From assembly GCA_028826165.1 (NCBI GenBank), contig JAPDFW010000103.1:186001-250000 (forward strand): 64,000 nt of DNA, read 5' to 3'. Within the stretch, counting starts at the first letter, position 1. Every line of letters starts with the position of its first letter. The translations under genes and the position numbers were made by a program. The notes beneath the pieces were generated by a model. It did not search any database. It saw nothing but the letters and a program-made list of their open reading frames with translations, and was not told where the DNA came from. Shown one piece after another: positions 24,801 to 39,641 of this stretch. The stretch is from Anaeramoeba ignava BMAN. Lineage: Eukaryota; Protista; Anaeramoebae.

Positions 24801-27800
24801 ATTACAAACGATCCAAAATCATATCAAGATAAAATTAAAAATTTTAGAGAAGAACTTTCAGAAATACTTGGAAATTGGAAAATACATAAAAAAGAGATTA
24901 AAAGAATTAATTTATCAGGTTTTTTATCAATTCATCAATTAATCTATTTTTATCAATTTTTAAAAAACAAAGGAGATAATTTTCAATTAACTGAAACTCA
25001 AATAATTATTTATAAAAGAAATGAAAAAATGTTTTTATCAGTTTTACAACTTATTTTTGGAAAAAAAGAAATTATACAAGAATTTATTCAAAATCTAGAA
25101 AATGCTGATATAACTAAATTCTATAAAGAATTTTTCAAAATAATTGATAAACATTATTCTTTATATTCTAGTATTCATTTAACTTTAGATGATGATGATT
25201 CTTTTACATCTGAACAAAAGAAATTTAGAAAACAATTAATTCCAAAAATAGATGAAAAAAAAACAGGAAGAATTCATGATTCAAAAATATTTATTACAAT
25301 AATGAATAATGAAGAAGAAGAAAAACAAATTTTAAATAGAATTTTATTAATTTATCATTTATATTCAAACAAATTCCCATTAAGAAAAGAAATTTTAATT
25401 TGTGATTCAAAAACAACATCAAATGATATCACTTCTTTTTTCTCCATTTATAAATATTATAATGAAAAAGAAAAAGAAAATCAAAATAAAAATGAAAAAG
25501 AAAAAGCAAATAAAAATGAAAATGAAAAAGCAAATAAAAATGAAAATCAAAAAGAAAATGAAAAAGAAAAAGAAAATGAAAATGAAAAAGAAAAAGAAAA
25601 AGAAAAAGAAACAAAATTTCTTTTTTCAATAACCCAAACAAAATTTCTATCTTTAAAGAATATAATACATCTTATTTCACAAATAGATTCAATTGATTAT
25701 ATAACAAAATTTCCAATGATTATATTTGATTCTATATCATCAGATAATCTTTTACAAAATAGATTAAAACGAGACAAATTATATATAAATTTCCAAGATA
25801 AATCTATATCAGATATAAAGCCTATTTTAAGTAGTATTATGAAAAATAATCGTTATTATAAACAAATTCATGTTTTCTTTTCAAAAATCAAGGAGATGGA
25901 AAAGTTTTCAAATTAAACAATTTGTTATTCCAAAATTCAACAAAAAATTATTATCATTATTATCAATTAATTCAATTACATAAAGGAACTGTTTCAGAAT
26001 TAATTAAATTATTAAATCAAAATGATGAAAAAATAAATAAATTAAAAGATGAAAAAAGAGTTATCCATATTGAATTTCCAAGTAAATGTTCAAATAATAT
26101 CACAAAAGCATTATGGGGATTAATTATGTGGGGATCTATTGAAGATCAAAATCCAAATTCAAGTTTAGATTTAGATTCAAATTCAAATTCAAAATCAAAA
26201 TCATTTTGTTGGAATTTAAATGAAGATACAGAAATTGTTTTTGAAATACCAAATCAAAAAAATGAAAATGAAAATGAAAATGAAATTTGGGAAAAATTTT
26301 ATCCTTTAGAAAATTGTGAATTAACTGAATGTTCTTATAAAAAAGATGAAGTTAGTTTCAAAAAATATGAATTTGATAAAGATCAGTTTAAATTAAAAGA
26401 AGATGATGATGATGATGATTTAAAAAAAGTAGTAAATTGTTTAATTAAAATTCATAATAATACATTTTTTCTTAAAAAAACCAATTTCAAAACATTTCAA
26501 AACTCTTTTACTCCAAATTTACAACAAGATGAAAAAAAAGAATTTATTGATATTTCAAAAAAAATGTTAAAAGAAGTTAGTGAAAATATTGATTCTAATT
26601 TTAAAAATGGAATAACAATATCTTACAAATTATTATCAGAATTTTGGTTTTCAATGAAAATGTTTATTAATTCAATACTTAATTGGGAATTAATTAAAAC
26701 AAAGTTAGATAATCAAAATAATAAAGATAATCAAGATAATAATGATGAATTGGATAATTTACAAAAGTTAATTAAATATTGGATTTTTTCTATTGCAAGA
26801 TTTACAATAATTCCTTATTTATCAACAAAAAAACCAGAAATTTTCCAAAATTTATATGGATTTATTTTTAAATTAAAAACTGAAGAAAATACAAAAAGAA
26901 TAGATGTTTCTCAAAATCCAAATGAACAATTTAAAAATGGAATAGCATTTTTTTATGAGCAATATAATCAAATTTCAAAAGAAGAACAACAAATTATTGA
27001 AGATTTATCTAAAAAATACAAATTTGAAAATAAATCTTGGAATGATTTAGAACATAATGAAAAAATAAAAAATTTTTTCAAATACATTTCCTTTCTTAGA
27101 GAAAATGAAGTTGATCCAAAACTTATTCAAGAACATATTAATAATGAATCAAAATATGTACTTACAACAGATAACATTTCAAAAATGATTTTAATTCAAT
27201 TTAGAACATTTATTGGAATTCCAACAATTATATCAGGAGAAACAGGATGTGGTAAAACTGCATTAATAAATTATCTTTTTGAAGATATATTAAACTACAA
27301 ACTTATAACTATTCATGTTAATGGAGGAACTACCAAAAAAGATATTGAAGAAAGTATTGAAAAAGCAAAAATTATATTTCAGAAAATGTTATTTTATTTT
27401 TTGATGAATTAAATACTGCACCAGAAAATTGTATTTCTATTTTCAAACATTTATTTATAGATAAAACATTTGAAGGAAAAATAGAAGATAAAATTAAATT
27501 AATTGCAGCAATTAATCCATATAGAGAACAAAATTATGATGATGATCCAATTGGAGAATTTGGATTAAATGTTAATGATTATGAAAATGATGATCAAAAT
27601 CAAAAATTTTTTAAACAAAACAGAAATCTTGCTTATCGAGTTCATGAAATTTCAGAATCTTTAAAAAGTTGTGTTATTGATTTTCATTCACTTCAATCAG
27701 AAAAAGAAGAAAAATATATTGAAAAGATGGTTGAAAATTCACTTGAAAATCAAGATAAAAATAAATATAAAAATAAAATCACTAAATATATTTCTAAATC

Positions 27801-30800
27801 ACAAAAATTTATTCGAACAAATCAAAATCAAAATCAAAATCAAAATCAAAATCAAAATTCAAATCAAAATCAAAATCAAATTTCAAATCAAAATCAAATT
27901 TCAAATCTTCAAAAAAATTTAAATGCAAGTGTTTCTTTAAGAGATGTATCAAGATTTTTAAGAATATTTCATTGGATTTTTTATGAAGAAAAAATTAAAA
28001 AGTTTTTATTATTTTATAAAGAAATAACAAAAAAAGAAATAACAGAAGAAGAATATTTTGAAAGAGCAATTATATTAAGTTTATTTGTTGGTTATATAGT
28101 TAGACAACAAAACAAAAAACAAGATGAATATTATAAAGAAATATTTAAAAAGAAGAAAAAAGTTAAAAAACAAAAAGAAATTTTAGAAAAAATTCAAGAT
28201 AAATTTATTAATTCATTGGATTATGATTTTGAAGAAAAAATGATTGCTAAAAATACAGCAATAAAAGAAAATTGTTTATTACTTTTCATTTGTATTTACA
28301 CAAATATCCCAATATTTATAATTGGAAAACCAGGTAAATTAAATTAATAACAAATTATTAATTATTTAAATCAAATACTTATTAATTATTTTAAATCAAT
28401 AAAAAAATAAAATAGGAACATCAAAAACATTATCTGTTGAAATTATTTTAAAATCTTTTGAATTAAAATATAAAGAAAATAAACTTATAGAAAAATTAAG
28501 AATTAGATCACTCAAAGAATCATTACTTCAATGTTCTAAATTAACAACATCAGAAGCAATAAAAGATATTTTTAAAAATGCAAAAGAAAATACAACAAAT
28601 AAAAAATTAGGAGTTGTTATTCTTGAAGAAGTTGCACTTGCTGATTTAAATAAAAAAAATCCATTAAAAATTCTTCATTCTAAACTTGAAAAATCAGAAA
28701 AAATATTATATAAATTAAAAAAAAATCAAAATGAAATTCAAATTCAAAATCAAAATCAAAATGAAAATCAAAATCAAAATGAAAATGAAATTCAAATTCA
28801 AATTCAAATTCAAAATCAAAATCAAGTATCTGTAGTTTCTATTTCTAATTGGGTATTAGATCTTAGTAATATGAATAGAGGTATTTTTCTTAGAAGAGAT
28901 TCTGAAACAGATTTAGAAAATACAGCATTTCAAATTTTATCATCATCATCATCAAAAACAAGTCAAAATTTTAATCAAATACCTAAAGAATTTTCAAATC
29001 AGTTAACAAAAGTTTATAAAGATATTATTAATATTTCTCAAAATAATCAAAAAAATCGAACTTATTTTGGACTTAGAGATTTTTATTATTTCTTGAAAAT
29101 GATCAGATATTCTAATCAAAATAACATTTTATATTATAATGATTCAGGATTAATTGCTAATTCTTTACTTAGAAATTTTAGTTCCAAACCAAATATTATT
29201 TCAAATTTTGATAAATTAAATGAATTAAATAAATTGAATGTATCAACATATTTAAATATCAATAACAAAACATTGATTTCACAAAATTTAAAAAGAAAAA
29301 TTTTTGAATCATATGTATTTAAAGAAACAACTGATCATTTCCATTTTTCAAGATTTATAATGATTTTAATTGAAAATATTTGCAATATACCATTTATTTT
29401 ACAAGAAATTGAAATGATAAATGAACAAGATTATAATATATTATTTGGATCATCTTTATATAAAGATCAAAAATCTATTAGAATTTTTAAAGATTTAAAC
29501 AAAATTCAAAATTATGTTCGAGAAGGAAAAACTGTTATTTTAATTAATAATGAAAATTTATATCCTTCTTTATATAATTTATTAAATTTAAATTTCAGAA
29601 AAGAAGGAAATGATTATTATACACAAATATCATTTGGTAATATTACTTCAAATATAAAAGTTCATCCTAATTTCAAATGTATTAGTATTATTGAAAAAGA
29701 ATATGCTTATGAAAAAGAAACACCAACAATTTTAAATCGATTTGAAAAATATTTAGTTAAACCAAAAGAATTTATTGAAAAAACATCAGAACATTTCGAT
29801 AAAGAACAAAAAGATATAATTAAGAACGTTTGTGAATTAACCAAAATAAGAGAAAATGATTTATTTCCTTGTTATAATGATGATTTGTTATATTCACTTA
29901 CACTTAAATATCAATACGCTATCAAAAATAAAAATCAAAATCAAAATGAAAAAGAAATGAAACAATTTAAACAACAATTTAAAAAACAATGGATTAGAAT
30001 TTGTAAATTGGAGAAAATACTTTATACTGAATTGTTTATCAAAAATAATGGAGAAAATTTACAAAAAACAGATAAAGATTTATTAATAGAAATATGTAAA
30101 GAATATATGAATGAATATTGTAAAGATTTAAATTCTTTAATTCAAAAATTTATATTACCAAAAGATAAAGATTCAAAAGTTCAAAGATCAATAGTTCTTA
30201 CATCAGCAGCAGATTTATTAAAAAGCAAAGAAAAACTTGAAATTGAAAATTTTAATGTAAAAGAACTTGAATTTACAGATTATGAAAGTGATAAAAAATT
30301 TAAAAAAAAGATTAAAAATATTATTCTCCATAACAAAAACGAAAATGAAAATGAAAACGAAAACAAAGAGAAAAAGAAGAAAAAAAGAAGAGAATAATCT
30401 TATAATAATTCATTTCACACCCAAAATATTATCACAAATTATTTTCCACCAATTTAAATATATTATTGATTCTTTATTTAAAACAAAAAATGAGAAAACA
30501 AAAAAAAAGGAAATGAAAAATGAGGAAATGAAAAAACAAATTAAAAATTATTATTTCCTCTTTCTTGTTCATCTTTCATCAACTGAAGAAACCAATACAG
30601 ATTTTTCTTTCTTATTTGAAAATAATTGGGAATATTATTATATTGATAATATTTACAAACCTTATTTTAAACTATCAATTTTATCAAATTTACAAAAAGA
30701 ACAAAAACAAAAACAAAAACAAAAAGAAGAAGAAAAAGATTTATTACAGATTGATATTAAAAATAATTGGGGGAAAATTATGGAATCTATTTTACAATCA

Positions 30801-33800
30801 TCTTTACTTTCATTTATGAAGCATGATCAAATAGAAAATGCAATAAATTTTATTAAGAATGAAATGAAAGATGGAACAATACTTTATAAAAAATTACAAA
30901 ATATGATTGAAAAAGGAAAAGAAAAGGGAATAAATTTATATGAATGGGATAGGAATAAATTAATTCAACAAAAACATTCATCATCAAAACAAAAATTTGA
31001 ATCATTCAATTCATTTATTCAATTAGAATTTAGAAGAAAAGTTAAAAGTATTCTTTCAATTTTCTTTAGTCAAATTATGGTTAATGATAATTTCAAAATT
31101 AAATTAAATACAAATGAAAAGAAAGAAGTGAAAATATTTTGGGAAAATGTATTGGAAAAAATTAAAATTAAACCTATATTAAAAATTGTTAAATATCAAT
31201 TTAATAATTCAAAATTCCCATTTTTCTATCAATTTTATTCAGAATTATTAATAACAAATCAAAATCAAAATCAAAATCAAAATCAAATTCAAAATTTAAT
31301 GAAAGTACAAAGTTCTTTTAAAAATTTGGTTTCAGAATATTATAAAAATGATAATAATGATTTATCAAAATATTTCCTTAAATTATTTTTATAGAAGATT
31401 TCAAAAAATATAACATTTAATGAAAAATGAAAAATATATATGATAAATATTATGAAAATGATTATGAAAAATTTATTGATTATTTTAATGATGAAAAAAT
31501 AGATTTGATTGAGTTATCATTGAAAGAAATTATACAAAAACTTCCTATTAAAGAATTAAAACAAATTTCCCAAATCAATAATATTTTCCAATTTATTCAA
31601 TTTAATTAATACCAAAAATTAAATCTAAAAACAAATGAAATTTTTGAATATAATTGAATTTTCTAAAATAGCAATTCAAAATATTAAAGAAAAGAATTTA
31701 TTGATAATGAAAAACAATAACAATAACAATAACAATTTAATAACAATTAAAAACAATAAAATAACAATAACAAATAATTTTGAAATGATATAATGAATAA
31801 TGAAAATGATAATCAAAATAATGAAAAATGATGATGAAAATGATGATGAAAATGATGATGATGAAAATGATGATGAAAATGATGATGATGAAAATGATGA
31901 TGAAAAAATGATGAAAATGATGATGATGAAAATAATAATGAAAAATGATGATGAAAATGATGATGAAAATGATGATGAAAATGATAAAGAAAATGATAAA
32001 ATGAAAATGATGATGATGAAAATGATGATGAAAAATGATGATGATGAGGAAAATGATGATGAAAATGATAAAGATAAAGATAAAGATAAAGATAAAGATA
32101 AAGATAAAGATAAAGATAAAGATAAAGATAAAGATAAAGATAAAGATAAAGATAAAGATACAAATAATGAAGATGAAGAAATTGATAATTATTCAAATCT
32201 TATAATTTATCTTGAAAAATATATGAAATTCTTGAAAATTTAAAAATATTAAAAATACAAAAAGAAATAGAAGAAATATTTATTAATTGGTTAGAAACTT
32301 ATTTCAAAATTTCTCAATAATAATTCAATTTTACTTTCATTTACAAAAACAAAAAAATTTATCAAACAACAAAATTCAATTTTCAAAAATCAAAATCAAA
32401 ATCAAAATCAAATTTCAACTACAAAATTTTTTAATTATATTATTGAATTAAATGAAATAACAAATCAACAAAAATTAATTCTTTTTGAAAATTATTTCAA
32501 ATTAATATTTAAATATAATCAATTTACAAATCAAACAAAAGAAATTCAAGATTTATTCAATAAAATAATTGAAGATTTAAGAAATGATGGAACAAAAATT
32601 AATCAAATATTTTCAACTGAAAAAAACTATTTACCAAATTTACTTACAATTTTATTTCATCAAATTTTTATTATTATAAATTCATCAACAGAACAATTTG
32701 AAAAGAAATTCATTAATGAGAATGAGAATATTCGAAAACAATTTAAATTAGAAAAAAATAATTTTAAATTTATTCCTTTCACATTTTTACAAAGTGTATT
32801 TCAATATTTCAAAAAATTAAATCCAAAATTTGATTCAGATTCAAAAATATTCTTTCCAGAAATTGATAATTCAATTAATATTTTGGATGATTATCAAAAA
32901 TTTATTGAGAAAATTTATTATATTATTAATATATCAAATAAAAAAAATGAAATAATGGAACGTATAAATACAATCAAAAAATCTAATGGCAAGCATTATC
33001 TAAAATTTATATCAGAAAATCTTTTTGAAAAATATGATATTTTTGCAAGAAAATATATTGAAGATAGAAATTCAAAGAAAAATATAGAAACCAAAGTTGA
33101 AAAAATTTTCTTACAAAAACCACAATTAAATTCAGAAAAAGAATCAATATCAAATGAAATTTTTTCAATATATCGAAATTTAATTGATGATACACTTAAA
33201 ACAGATAAATTAGCAATACCAAAGATGGAAGATAAATATCAAAATAATCTCAATGATGAAATGCAAATAATAATATATTCAACTGTTTTTGATTTAGTAG
33301 AAAAACATTATTCAGAAAATAAAATTAATTTGGCTAATGAATCTTTAGATTATTCAGCTTTTATGATATTTGAAACAGCACATAAATATTTAAAAAATAA
33401 AAATATTGTATCACCAATGTTTAATCAAAAACAAATTGGAAAAATTTGTAATATTTTTGGATTAGGAAATTATAATGAACCAAATATTTTATTTAGATTA
33501 TTTGATATTGATACAATTATTATTACAAGAATATCAAGAATTATTCATTATTCATTATTATATTTAGTTGGATTCTATTCACACAAAAATCAAAATAAAC
33601 TTATAATTCGAAATGATAATGATAAGAAAATTCAAGAAAAAATCAAAAATCAAATAACAGATTCAGATGAAAATTTTAGAAAATTAATTTATAATGAAAT
33701 GGAAAGTTTATCAAATATTTTAAATATTTCTATGATAGATACAAAATTATATTATTCACTCTTCTTATCTTATATTTCAAAACCTGAAAACATCAAATCA

Positions 33801-35414
33801 AACTTAAATGAGATTGAAAAATGGAAAGAATTATTAAAAACAACTTTCAAAGAAAAACATGAAGATATTCTTTTACAGATTAAACAAAATAAACAAAATA
33901 ACAACATTATTGAAGATTCAATTTTATTATTAAATAAAGATCCAATATCAAATTTAACTTCAAAATTCTTGAAGCCAAAAGAAATTGATGAATATAAGAA
34001 GAAATATCAAATTATTTCATTCTTTTTAGAAAATTATTCCAAATTAAAGATTCTAAATTTATTTCCATCATTTCTTAAATTTTCAAGTATTATTCATTCA
34101 AAATATTCTGGGAAACATAAATTTGAAACTATAAAATTCATAACAATTAAAGATGTTTTAAAAGAAATTAATCAAAATTATGAAAATATAGAAAAATGGA
34201 AAAATGAATTTATTGAATGTTGGATTTATTCTTTAAGTGAAATTAATCAAGAAACTGCAATTAATTTCAATAGAAAAATAAAATATATTGATGAAAAAGA
34301 TAAAGAAATTGAATATTTAACTGAATTAATGAAAATTGAAGAAATAAATGAAACAACATCAATTAGTAAATTTCTTCCATATCCAGAAAACAAAATAAAT
34401 ATTGAAACTATTATCAAATTTGTTTGTAAATTACAACATGATTTAAAACAACAAATTAAAACAATTTTATTTAAAGAAAATATCGAAAAAGAAAAAGAAA
34501 AAGAAAATATTAAGAAAAAGAAAATAAATGTTTTATTTCCATTTAAAGTAGATTTACCAAACAAAGAAACTAATGTTGTTGATTCTGATTTTAATTTTGG
34601 ATTTAAAGAAATTAATGAACATCTTAAATTTCATAATATTAATAATTTTGATGATTTTGAAAATTTGATTAAACAAAAACTAATACCAAGTGTTTTAACA
34701 CATGATATATTTATAAATGTTGAAAATTTCCAATTCAAAGATAAAGTTATAGTAGATACATCTTTTTTTGGGAAAATAGAATGGGGACAAGTTGAAGTAC
34801 CAACAAATATTTTGAATGAAATTTTAGATAATTTAAAAGCAAATTCACAATTATCCTTTTTCTTATTTATTTGTGAAGATTTAATTAATTTATGTTCTGA
34901 TCTCGATTCTGAACAAAAACAACCAGATATTGAACAAAGTTTATCTCAATTTATTGATTTAAATAATTACAATTTACCTCAACAAGAAATTTCTAATATA
35001 TTCAAAAATAATCCAAAATTAAAATCAATTATGGAAAATCTTAAAATCAAACATTTACGTTCTATTTATGAAAATATTCAAAATAATTTAACAAATATTA
35101 TTGAACAAATTGATCCAAAATATAACAAAAAACCTCAAATAAATCATTTAGAGAATTTTAGAGAATTTATAAAAGAAATTGGTTTAACAAAATTATTAAT
35201 GATTTTCCAAACTTTCTTTCAGAAATTAGTTAGTTCACCTCAAAATTTCGAAGAAGATGATCTTCTTAGAGATTGTTTAGAAAGAGAAGCAAAATCAAAA
35301 GGATTTAATGAATTAGCAAAATCAATTAAAGAAAATATACAAGAAGATATTGGAATTAAATTTTCAGTTAAAATTTATGAATTTTGCTTAAATTACAAAC
35401 TTAATCAAAATTAA
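21861..35414 (+). CDS. Giant RNF213/mysterin-like dynein-type AAA+ protein (~4400 aa); intron 28334-28415; several frameshifts; start uncertain
   Basis: Motifs in RNF213 order: IPTIISGETGCGKT, FFDELNT, IAAINPYR, YRVHE, VSLRDVSRF, IPIFIIGKP|GTSKT, QCSKLTTS, NPLKILHSKLE, ISNWVLD..MNRG, FGLRDFY, FGSS..KD, GKTVILINNENLYPSLYNLLN, VHPNFKCI, LNRFEK. Confidence 0.88.
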
Positions 35415-36565
35415 TTCAAAAAAAGAAAAAATTTTAAACAAAAGTAATCCAAAAATAAAAAATTAAATAAAAAATAAAAAATAAAATAATCAAAAATAAT
35501 TCAAAAAATAATTCCAAAATAATCAAAATTAATTCAAAAAAATAAAAAATTAAACAAAAATTAAAAAATAAAATAATCAAAAAATAATTCAAAAGTAATC
35601 CAAAAAATAAAAAATTAAATAAAAAATTAATTCAAAAAATAATTCAAAAAAATAAAAAATTAAATAAAAATAATCAAAAATAATCCAAAATAATCCAAAA
35701 AAATTAATAATAAAAAAAATAATCAAAAATAATTCAAAAATAAAAATTAAATAAAAACAATCAAAAATAATTCAAAAATAATCCAAAAATAAAAATTAAA
35801 CAAAAATATCAAAATTAATCCAAAATAAAAATTAAATAAAAAATAAAATTAAATAAAAATAATCAAAAATAATCCAAAAATAAAAATTAAATAAAAATAA
35901 TCAAAAATAATTCAAAAATAAAAATTAAATAAATAAAATAATCAAAAATAATCCAAAAATAAAAATTAAATAAAAATAAAAATTAAATAAAAATAAAAAT
36001 TAAATAAAAATAATCAAAAATAAATCCAAAAATAAAAATTAAATAAAAATAATCCAAAAATAATCCAAAAAGAAAAATTAAATAAAAATAATTCAAAAAT
36101 AATTCAAAAATAAAAATTAAATAAAAATAATTCCAAAATAATTCAAAAAAAATAAAAATTAAATAATCAAAAATAATCCAAAAATAATCCAAAAATAAAA
36201 ATTAAATAAAAATAATCAAAAATAATCCAAAAATAAAAATTAAATAAAAATAATCAAAAAATCCAAAATAATCCAAAAAGAAAAATTAAATAAAAATAAT
36301 CAAAAAATAATTCAAAAATAAAAATTAAAATAAAAATAAAAATTAAATAAAAATAATCAAAAATAATCCAAAAATAAAAATTAAATAAAAATAATCAAAA
36401 ATAATTCAAAAATAAAAATTAAATAAAAATAATCAAAAATAATTCAAAAAATAAAAAATTAAATAAAAAAAATAATCAAAAATAATCCAAAAAATAAAAA
36501 ATTAAATAAAAAAAATAATCAAAAATAATTCAAAAAATAAAAAATTAAATAAAAATAATTCAAAA
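35415..36565. repeat. Intergenic A-rich minisatellite (AAAATAATC/AAAAATTAAAT variants)
   Basis: Visible degenerate tandem units. Confidence 0.85.
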
Positions 36566-36594
36566 ATCATTTTTCATTTTTGCTTTTTTTTTAA

Positions 36595-38103
36595 ATGAAA
36601 TTTTTCTCATTTGTTTTGTTTCAAATAATAATTTTTTCATTATTAATAATTGAAAGTGAACAAAGAAGACAAAAAAAAGGGTTTTTGAAAGAAACATCAG
36701 TAAAAGAAGATGTAGAAAAAAAAGGATTATTAACAAAAAATATAAAACATTCAACAATAACAAAAAATGCATTTTTTTATTATGAAGAAACATTTCGAAA
36801 AAAATTCACAGGAGAAACACTTGGATATGTAACACCCTGGTAAATTGAATAAAGAATATTTTATATGAAAAATTTACTTAAATATAGCAAATCAATTTAT
36901 AATTCAGGAACTCAAACGGTTATACTTATTCTTTGAGACATGCAGGGAAATTTAACTATATATCTCCTGTTTGGTATACTTTATCTCAGTAAATACTTAT
37001 TGAAATATTTTCTTTATAACTTTTGGATCAAGTTTCTAATTGTGTTTTTTTGTATTTGAAGAAAAAATTCTGGAGTTTTTTTTGAAGGAAAAGAAAATGT
37101 CAATCAAACTTGGTTAAAATCAATTAGAAAACAAACGAATACAGTAATTTTACCAAGATTTTTAATATCAATTACCTCTAGAAATGTTGAACTAACAAAA
37201 ATTAGGAACACTATTATTGATGAATGCTTGTATATTTTTATTTTCTTTTTTGATATTTTTAGAACTAAATTCATTCAACTTAAATAATTATCTTTTAAAA
37301 AAGAAATCAAAATTTTCAAGGAATTGTTTTAGAAATACCTTTAGTAACTGGACCTCAAATTTCTAATGAGATTATTGATTTTGTTATTAAATTAGCTGAA
37401 GATTTCCATCAAAGAAAGATGATTTTATTTTTAGCAGTTCAAGTGAATTGAAATTTAAATTGAATTTTTTAAATTGAATTTTTTAATATAAAATTTTTTA
37501 ATATAAAATTTTTTATATCAAAGGTTTATCCAAATTTACAAGAAAATCATTATTCTTCTTTGAAAAGATTAAGTTCAGTTGTTGATCGGTTTAGTTTTAT
37601 GACATATGATTATTCAGATTCAATCAAGTAATTCCAAAAAATCATTATTAAAAAAGAAAAAATTTAATTCTCAAAAAATTCTCAAAAAAATTCTCAAAAA
37701 AATTCTCAAAAAAATTCTCAAAAGTTTTGGTCCAATTTCTCCTACTTCATGGATTCAAAATTTCCTTTATCTTCTTAATAAACTTGAAATTCCAAATCAA
37801 AAAATATTATTAGGAATTAATTTTTATGGAACAAATGTTAATATTGCAAATTCTAAATTGGATCATCTTATTGGAAAAGATTATATAAAACTTCTTCAAG
37901 AAAAAACACCTTCACAAATTAATTGGGATTCAAAATCAGAAGAACATTTTTTTGAATATTCAGATAAAAATGAAAAACATATTGTTTATTATCCTTCTTT
38001 ATTATCTTTACAAAAAAGAATTGAAATTTCTCAAGTTTTTAAAACTGGAATTAGTATTTGGGAAATTGGACAAGCTCTTCCTTATTTCTTTGATCTTTTC
38101 TAA
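36595..38103 (+). CDS. CHID1: Chitinase domain-containing protein 1-like (GH18, probably non-catalytic); introns 36840-36907, 36989-37061, 37230-37303, 37443-37523, 37628-37724
   Basis: Signal peptide; spliced TLGYVTPWNSNGY, YISPVWY, FQGIVLE, FMTYDYS, GPISP, KILLGINFYG, WDSKSEEHFFEY, GISIWEIGQ. Confidence 0.92.
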
Positions 38104-38109
38104 ACAATT

Positions 38110-39520
38110 AATCAAAAAATTTAATCAAATAATTTAATCAAAAATTAATAATTTAATCAAAAATTAATAATTTAATTAATAATTTAATAAATAATTTAAT
38201 CAAAAAGTGGAATAAAATTTAATAAATTGAAAAATTTAATAAATAATTTAATTAATAATTTAATAAATAATTTAATTAATAATTTAATAAATAATTTAAT
38301 TAATAATTTAATCAATAATTTAATTAATAATTTAATAAATAATTTAATCAAAAAGTGGAATAAAATTTAATTAAAAATTTAATAAATAATTTAATCAATA
38401 ATTTAATTAATAATTTAATAAATAATTTAATTAATAATTTAATAAATAATTTAATAAATAATTTAATAAATAATTTAATTAATAATTTAATCAATAATTT
38501 AATCAATAATTTAATAAATAATTTAATCAAAAAGTGGAATAAAATTTAATAAATAATTTAATCAATAATTTAATTAATAATTTAATTAATAATTTAATAA
38601 ATAATTTAATAAATAATTTAATAAATAATTTAATAAATAATTTAATAAATAATTTAATAAATAATTTAATAAATAATTTAATAAATAATTTAATAAATAA
38701 TTTAATAAATAATTTAATAAATAATTTAATCAAAAATTTAATCAATAATTTAATTAATAATTTAATCAAAAAGTGGAATAAAAATTTAATTAAAAATTTA
38801 ATAAATAATTTAATCAATAATTTAATTAATAATTTAATAAATAATTTAATTAATAATTTAATCAATAATTTAATTAATAATTTAATTAATAATTTAATAA
38901 ATAATTTAATAAATAATTTTAAATAATTTAATTAATAATTTAATAAATAATTTAATTAATAATTTAATCAATAATTTAATTAATAATTTAATTAATAATT
39001 TAATAAATAATTTAATAAATAATTTAATAAATAATTTAATAAATAATTTAATAAATAATTTAATAAATAATTTAATAAATAATTTAATAAATAATTTAAT
39101 AAATAATTTAATCAAAAAGTGGAATAAAATTTAATAAATAATTTAATCAATAATTTAATTAATAATTTAATTAATAATTTAATTAATAATTTAATCAATA
39201 ATTTAATCAATAATTTAATTAATAATTTAATTAATAATTTAATTAATAATTTAATTAAAAATTTAATAAATAATTTAATAAATAATTTAATAAATAATTT
39301 AATAAATAATTTAATAAATAATTTAATAAATAATTTAATAAATAATTTAATAAATAATTTAATAAATAATTTAATAAATAATTTAATCAATAATTTAATC
39401 AACAATTTAATAAATAATTTAATCAAAAAGTGGAATAAAATTTAATTAATAATTTAATTAATAATTTAATAAAAAATTTAATAAATAATTTAATCAAAAA
39501 GTGGAATAAAAAATTAATTG
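38110..39520. repeat. 12-bp minisatellite (AATTTAAT[A/T/C]AAT)n punctuated by AAAAGTGGAATAA
   Basis: Visible array between convergent genes. Confidence 0.95.
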
Positions 39521-39641
39521 AAAAATTTAATCTTTTTTCTTATTTTTTATTTTCCATTTCTTAAATCAAAGTGAACAAAAAAAAAGTAAAAAAAAAAGAA
39601 GAAGAAATTAAAAATTAAAAATTAAAAATTAAAAGCATAAA

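Noticed and set aside
22275-35414. Intein/Hint or transposase insertion in the giant ORF
   Set aside because: No C..HN splice motifs, endonuclease, transposase or RT motifs recognised; insertions are simple QN/EN/DK repeats
38200-39510. Recurring AAAAGTGGAATAA motif separated by spacers, superficially CRISPR-like
   Set aside because: The spacers are themselves 12-bp repeats of irregular length; no cas genes; eukaryotic context
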